Source: Octopus vulgaris
Lineage: Eukaryota
Direction of reading: 5' to 3'
Assembly: GCA_951406725.2 (NCBI GenBank)
Contig: OX597833.1
Location: 44,144,001 to 44,208,000 of the forward strand
DNA length: 64,000 bases
The translations under genes and the position numbers were made by a program. Under the pieces are notes generated by a model. It made no database searches, was not told where the DNA came from, and saw only the letters and a program-made list of their open reading frames with translations. Every line of letters starts with the position of its first letter. Position 1 is the stretch's first letter. Of the stretch, positions 57,667-64,000 are shown in pieces.

Positions 57667-59654
57667 GTAAACAAATTTTCTTTGTGTTATCTTCCTTAAC
57701 GCCTTTATATATTCTTGTTCATTAATATCTCCTGATAAAATATTTCTGGTTAAATTACACCTTCCAGTAAATTTGTACATCCACTCACGGTTATATTGAC
57801 AATTATATTTATCCTTGACAGGTATATCATTACGATTAACCAAATTTATATAGTTTCTTTTTTAAGATTCTGGAGATATTTAGTTGATATAAGAAGCTGC
57901 ATCCTTTAAATGCACTCTATATGACATGGTTTGCATAAAGTCCTCCTTATGGCGGAAATTGTAGTGAAAAGTTCCGTACAGCACGGAAAAGCGGACTTTC
58001 TCATTATAAATACATACATACACATGCACGCTTGCACGTATACACGTACCCACGCAGGAACGCACGCACACGCACACACACATGCATACACACACGGACA
58101 CACTATACACACAGTCGTAGAGAAATGGTGCACCCCGTCCCACGTGGCAAAGTGGTATGACTCAGCCACTATAAAGTCAGCAATCATTTGTTGTTTGGTC
58201 AGTCAGTAGTAGCAGAGTTGTTATTTCATTTGCAGGCTAGTTAACATCTTTAATTTTTCTGTGATTTGAATTGGTTTTCACTGTGTTTGACTGTTTTGTG
58301 TCCAACGGCACATCGTTTTGCTGCCTAAGGCGGCTTTGTTGACGCTTTCCTCCTTGTTTGAAACGGGAGGCGCGGTAATGGAGTCCGAGAACTGAAAAGG
58401 TTAGCTCCTCAGACTTGTCGTCCGAGGAGGATCTTGTTAAAAGTTTGAAAAAGATTGACGAGGCGATGGAGGCCAAGAACTCCAGGCGGTTAAAGATAAA
58501 TGTGAGGACGTATGCTTGGAAGAATTGAATCAATCCAAGGAAATCTTTGAAATTGAGGGGAACGATGTAAAGGTGTTCCTTTCCAGTGGGACAACGGAAC
58601 GAGTTAAAAAGAAGAACCGTACTGTGCAGAACATACAGTTTGTAATTACAGCGAACAGAGGTCGCAACCACAACACAGGTTGAAAAGGCATAGAGGAAGT
58701 GAAGGAAGTGAATATGGAAGGAAGTGAATTAGCTTGCCAGAAGCAGAAGATATGCAACGGGGGAGGTGCGTTTTGCGTCGAAGTCTTGAGCCAGGTAGCA
58801 TGGCGTGACTCCCTTCAAAACGGGTGAAGTGGTCTTTCTAACCATTTACCTGGGAAGGCGTGCTTCTGGGGTAAAGGTAGAAAAGATCCCTCCTTAGGTG
58901 GGGGTAGCCTGGCTAGTTGCTGCCATCCCGTTGGAAATGGCAGACAAGTTTGTGAGCTTCCAGGCCAAAAGTGTACCACAAAGAAATTGGCACTGGAAAT
59001 GATAGTCCAGGCCGCCGTGGGAGATTCAGAGAAGATGGTAGAAACCATCACATTTGGAGAGGATATAAAGCTGAGAGTCTTAGTGGAGAGCAGGACTCAC
59101 TGTTGCTTTAAATGCTGTCAAACAGGCACATAAAACAGGATACACTCCACCTGCTGCAAAGGAACCAACGAAAGTAACTGCACCACCACCGCTTGCGATG
59201 TCATGTGTGAGCAAAAAAGAACCGGAGAAGGAGGAAGATAATCAGGTGGCAGAAGAGAAACATGGATGGAATACGGCACCAAAGAAACGGAAGAATGGGA
59301 AAAGAACAAATCAAGGCGAAAATGTGAATTCCTACCCTACTCCCACCCTGCCCTACACTGTCCCACCATCTCCCTGTAGTCACCAGCAGCAACTCAAAGA
59401 ACAAGAACGGCTATTTCTTTATTGCCCACAGGGGCCAAACATAGAGGGGACGATACAAATGAGGGAGGAGTGGATAAAACGAATGATTTTAGAATAGATG
59501 AATAGTTAAAAATTTACGTTAAGAATTTTTATAAATAGGATTATACTATGCGGATTCTTCATTCTCAACAAACTCGCTACAGCTTTCCATCGTTTTCCGT
59601 ATAAATCAGGTGACAGGCATTTTATCTCCACCCTTATTTTTCTCTTAAGATGGT

Positions 59655-61155
59655 AGATGAGGAAATTAACCAGTCCAAGGCTGGAGATGAAGATGCCTCT
59701 CACGATTCTTTTCACGTGGGTCTTCCATACTACTTCTTTCGGTATAGTGACCACAATGAGAAAACGAGCCATGCTGTCTTTGTTAAAAGAGGAAGCAGGA
59801 ACAATCTATACAATCGACTCGAAAGACAGTTGTACTCTTCCCAGCCGCGTCAGCGGGTTTTCAAGATAAACCCACATTTCGGAAATTTTGGGTCATTGTA
59901 CAATTGCGTGCAGAACAGTTTCCCTGTCCTGCTCGCATCATGGGCGCACGGGTGCGCAAGATTCACCATGCTTTACGAGTTTATCGCGAAATGGTAAGGC
60001 TCCTCAGTAACACTGCCAGGTGGGGAATCTTTGGAAGTTATCCAAGGGTCTTGGCCCAAGTGTCCTTCGGAACAGGCAGGCTAGTTGACCCTCATCGAAG
60101 CCTAGAGTCTTCCCCCCACATCGTCGTCACACTGAACCTCAACCAACCCTCTATAAAATACGAAGTGGAACCCCCTCCGCTGGCGTTGCCCACGTGACAG
60201 AGAAGCTTGAGTGCCTCACAACACTTCGCTTGCCAAGCACTCAACTTTCGTCTACACTTGACCCAATGTCCTAGTTCACTCAAATTAGTAAGCTTAGGAA
60301 ATAACAACCGGCCGGACGGAGCCCACACTTGTTCACTATCCAGGTAGAGACACAGATACCTCAGCATCAGCGCACGTCTGCGCATCAACAGCCAAGACAT
60401 CCCTTGCCCACCATTTAGTGGGTCCTGGCAGCAGTCAGAGCGCTTTACAAGAGGACTTCTACTCCACAAAAAAACGGAAGAGCAGCCCCTCTAAATTGAT
60501 CAGCCACGAACGGGGGCAAGGCACGACGGTTAGGCGGTAGGTAATCATAGAAGCGATAAACACAACAGCGACCTCTGCCCTTCCTTTCAGGGAGAGCCGC
60601 CACTGAGACCAGGTCTGAGTTAGCTGGATGACCCTGCTCGTCACCTCACACCAATACTTTATCTGGAGATCTGGACAAAACTAAACCCCTAGCATTTTAA
60701 CCAGCCCCTCCGTCCAACGCCCTACGACGTTGTTGGAAGGTATCGTCTTTTGCAGCCGACTGACTTATTCCAGTTAACTTTTGCTCCTGCGTCATAGCCT
60801 TTAATGGCTTTGCCTACCCTCTGTAGGTGTACCATTTCGGACACTACGATGGTGATGTAATTCGCATACGCCGAAACCTTCCCACTGCAACCTAGATCTC
60901 GTGGGACGCACTTTAATCTCTCCAACTTCCACAGCAAGAACTCTAGAGCCAATACATACAGAAGTGGGGAGAGAGGACACCTTTGTTGAACAGAGTGCTT
61001 GATGTTGAACGGCTTCAAGAAGAACCCGTTCGCCCGAACGATCGAGTCAATGTTACTGTATAAAGCAATGATCCGCCCTCTACAGACGGGGCCGAACCCG
61101 AATGCTGTAAGGACCAACACCGGATACCGATGGTCAACCTTGTCAAAAGCGTTGA
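59655..61155 (-). mobile_element. Tx1/L1-clade LINE fragment, copy B
   Basis: Paralog of 17480-18995 (QQRCPLSPLLYVLALE). Confidence 0.8.
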
Positions 61156-63950
61156 TGAATTTTAATTGATTTTAAAAATTAAAATCAAACTTTTAATGGT
61201 ACACCTGGGGACAAAGTAAACCCATTAGGGGTAGAAATAAGATACGATCCTCTGCCTCCTGTGTTGGATTTCGAAAAACTGAAACCGCTTTCAATTTGCT
61301 AAGATAATTATTCGGATAAACGTTGGATTAAAAATAGTGTAAAATATAGTTAAAATGGTACTACACGGAAGTGAGGTCGAGTAGTAGCCATTAACATCAT
61401 TTTTATATAATTTCATTTCATTCATCCGTTTATGTTGTTTGTCCCACTTGTGCATTGTAGTCTGTCCTTGTTCGTCCCTCTCTGTATGCCCTTGTAGGCA
61501 ATAGAGAAACAAGGTCAGTCAGTAGTAGAGAAAAATTTGGTGAGTTAAAGTTGTATCATTTGCTGGCGTTATATTGTTGTTTAATTGTTGTAGTGTTCCT
61601 TGAACACTTAAGTTTGTGCTGTCTTGCGGCAGTTTATTTGTGCTTTCCCTCCTCATAGAAGAAGGTAGACTGAATAAAAAGAAAAGATGTCAGAAGAGGA
61701 AGATATCAGCTACTCAGAGCTGTCCTCGTCGGAACAGTCGGAGCAATCGTCGTCGTCAGAGATTTCGTGGAGTACAATAGAGAAACTGAACGAAGAACGG
61801 ATAACAGAGAACAAAAACTTCGCAGAAATCGCAAAGTGTAAGGAATATCAAATCGGATGGGAAAAATGGAGAAATTACATGACAATGATGAGTCACGAAG
61901 ATAGACATAATGACTACTTACAAAATAGAGAAGGCACTAAGGCCAATCTGACAAGAGATAACGTATCTTACCGGGGGCAAGTATGGAAATGTAGAGGTGA
62001 GATTTAATGAGGCAGAAAAGGCAAAGGAGAACGCGGCAACCATTATAAAGAGTGATGAAGTGATACTATTATATATATGTACAATAGAAGGCGTGCTTTA
62101 AAAGTTAGCGTAGAGGGAATCCCACCAGAAGTTGACGTGGTCTGGATAGCAGCCACTGTCCTACATGGAAATGAGAAAGAGATAGCGGTTCTCCAGGCCA
62201 CAACGACGGAAAGTAGGCATTGCGAAGGCCAAACCGTAAACACGGTCATTCAAGCGCCAAAGAAAACTATTGAGAAAATGCCAGAAACGATAACGATAGA
62301 TGATGTAATAATGGCCCGATTTCAATCAAATTTTCAACATAGTAAAGTGGAAGCGGATTTGTAATTTAAGCGTGGAAATGGGTTCAAAGTTTGAAAATTA
62401 AGGCAATATTTCTGAAGTTGAAAAAAATTTCTCATTTTACGTATTTTTGCTTTTTAGTTTTTATTGTTTACAGTTTAGAGCTTTCATTTGAATGGTCAAT
62501 CGTCGAAAACTTCCCAAAATAAGTACTAAATTTAACAAAGAAATCCTTTTTTTCCTTATTTTTAAACGCTCAAATAGTGACACGTACAAAAGGCATGTGT
62601 GCTTTCCGTTTTCACTGCCTGATATTTATGATTGATCTTTCAAAATATTTCCTTTCTCAACTTACTCAAGATCTTTTGTTTTTTATAAATGGGAGAGAGA
62701 TAGATAAAGAAAGATAGAGAGTGAGAGAAAGCGAGGGAGAGTCCGAGAGAAAGGAAGAGTAAGAGAGTGGGAAAGTGAGAGAGAAAAGAGAGAGAAACAA
62801 AGAGGGAGAATGTGGTGATAAGAAACAGAAAGGAAGCAACAGAAAGTAATAACTACACTCTCACCCACGCATAGAGCGGGTCATCTTAAGTTAGTAACAT
62901 ATATTTTTGCGATTTTTTTTACTTTGTTTCGTTTGTTCTATGTCCCCACAAGGAGACATAGAACAAACGAAAAAAATTAAACACATCTTCCTTGGAACAG
63001 AATACAGCTGAGTTTAGACAGCAAGAGAAAAGAGAACTACATGTCTGCATCCTGAAGGAATTTCTATGCGTTAAATAGCAGCTAAATCTCCCTGATGCCT
63101 ATTCTATCGTCCTAGTACAAGAAAGTTTCATTCGACTATGAAGACTTAGCTATAAAAATAAAAAGTCAAAAACACTAACATAATCTCTCTAATTATATCT
63201 TTTCGTTTAAAAAGTATGAATAACTCTCGTTAATATAATTCAAACGATGTCTAAAGTAAAAGACAGGGTGGTTACGGAGGGAAAATCTTCGATCATAGGT
63301 CAAAGTTATCAGGAATGATCTTAAGATCAGCAACAGATTTCGACTGGTTCCAGCAATTTGTCATAAAGAGAATACTTCACGAGAATGCTTCAGTTTGTCT
63401 GAATGACATACAATAGGTACAATTTCATATTTCAGAGATGAGGAGCTTGCAGTAGAAAAATATAGAGCGTGGCAAGTCAACATAGAAATAAACAAGAACA
63501 CATACTATAAAGAAAAAATTTCAATACCGGTATAAAAGATTTATATTAAACAAAATGAGAAAAGATTGATCATACTTTTCGATTGTAGCTCTGGTTAAAT
63601 ATATATATATATATAGTTAATTCAAACATGAAAACACAAAGAGAAAACACAACAACGCGAGGACTTGGAACAAATATATCATTATTGGACGCTCAGGAAG
63701 GAATGGAAGAAGGAGGGTTCAACATTTCGAGCGGAGCTCTTCGTCAGAAACATAGAAGGAAAGATCCAGAGAAGGGAAGACGAAGGGAAAAAATCGCTAA
63801 CGGTACACACGCGGTCACAGTTTGAATGATAAACATTTTGATTTCATTTCCAATTTGGAAAACAAAACTGCATTGAAAACTAAGATAAAAACATAAATAT
63901 TATGTTTCTATATATTATTTTGTTTATAATTTAAAAATTTTTATTTCTAG

Positions 63951-63983
63951 GTACTGAGCAGAAAGCAATCAGAGACAATGCAG
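63951..63983 (+). CDS. Copy B exon 4 (gene continues beyond the window)
   Basis: Identical microexon and splice sites. Confidence 0.65.
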
Positions 63984-64000
63984 GTATCTTTAATCTTCTA

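Noticed and set aside
62925-62973. Hairpin tttcgtttgttctatgtc...gacatagaacaaacgaaa as a terminator or miRNA
   Set aside because: Intronic, single occurrence, no supporting context. Likely a collapsed TIR remnant.

Overview
AT-rich, microsatellite-saturated animal genomic DNA. The tRNA-derived SINEs and the repeat landscape look like an Octopus genome (inferred by pattern recognition, not searched). The window is a tandem segmental array. Position 1 onward recurs from 42902 onward, and a further near-identical ~10 kb copy of the unit's 3' part follows a 100-N gap (30669-30768). Each unit carries one + strand multi-exon gene that is not visible as a single ORF. All introns are phase 1 and GT-AG. 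The exons encode a signal peptide, Ig domain 1, Ig domain 2, an 11-aa linker and a hydrophobic C-terminus, giving a ~266-aa two-Ig-domain, probably GPI-anchored surface protein. Between the two copies, all 12 nucleotide differences in the Ig exons fall in codons that change the amino acid (10 replacements). The rest is transposon material: CR1-like, RTE and Tx1/L1 LINEs, a Gypsy-like LTR element, Penelope-like pieces with several type I hammerhead ribozyme motifs and foldbacks, hAT and Merlin-like MITEs, SINEs and simple repeats.
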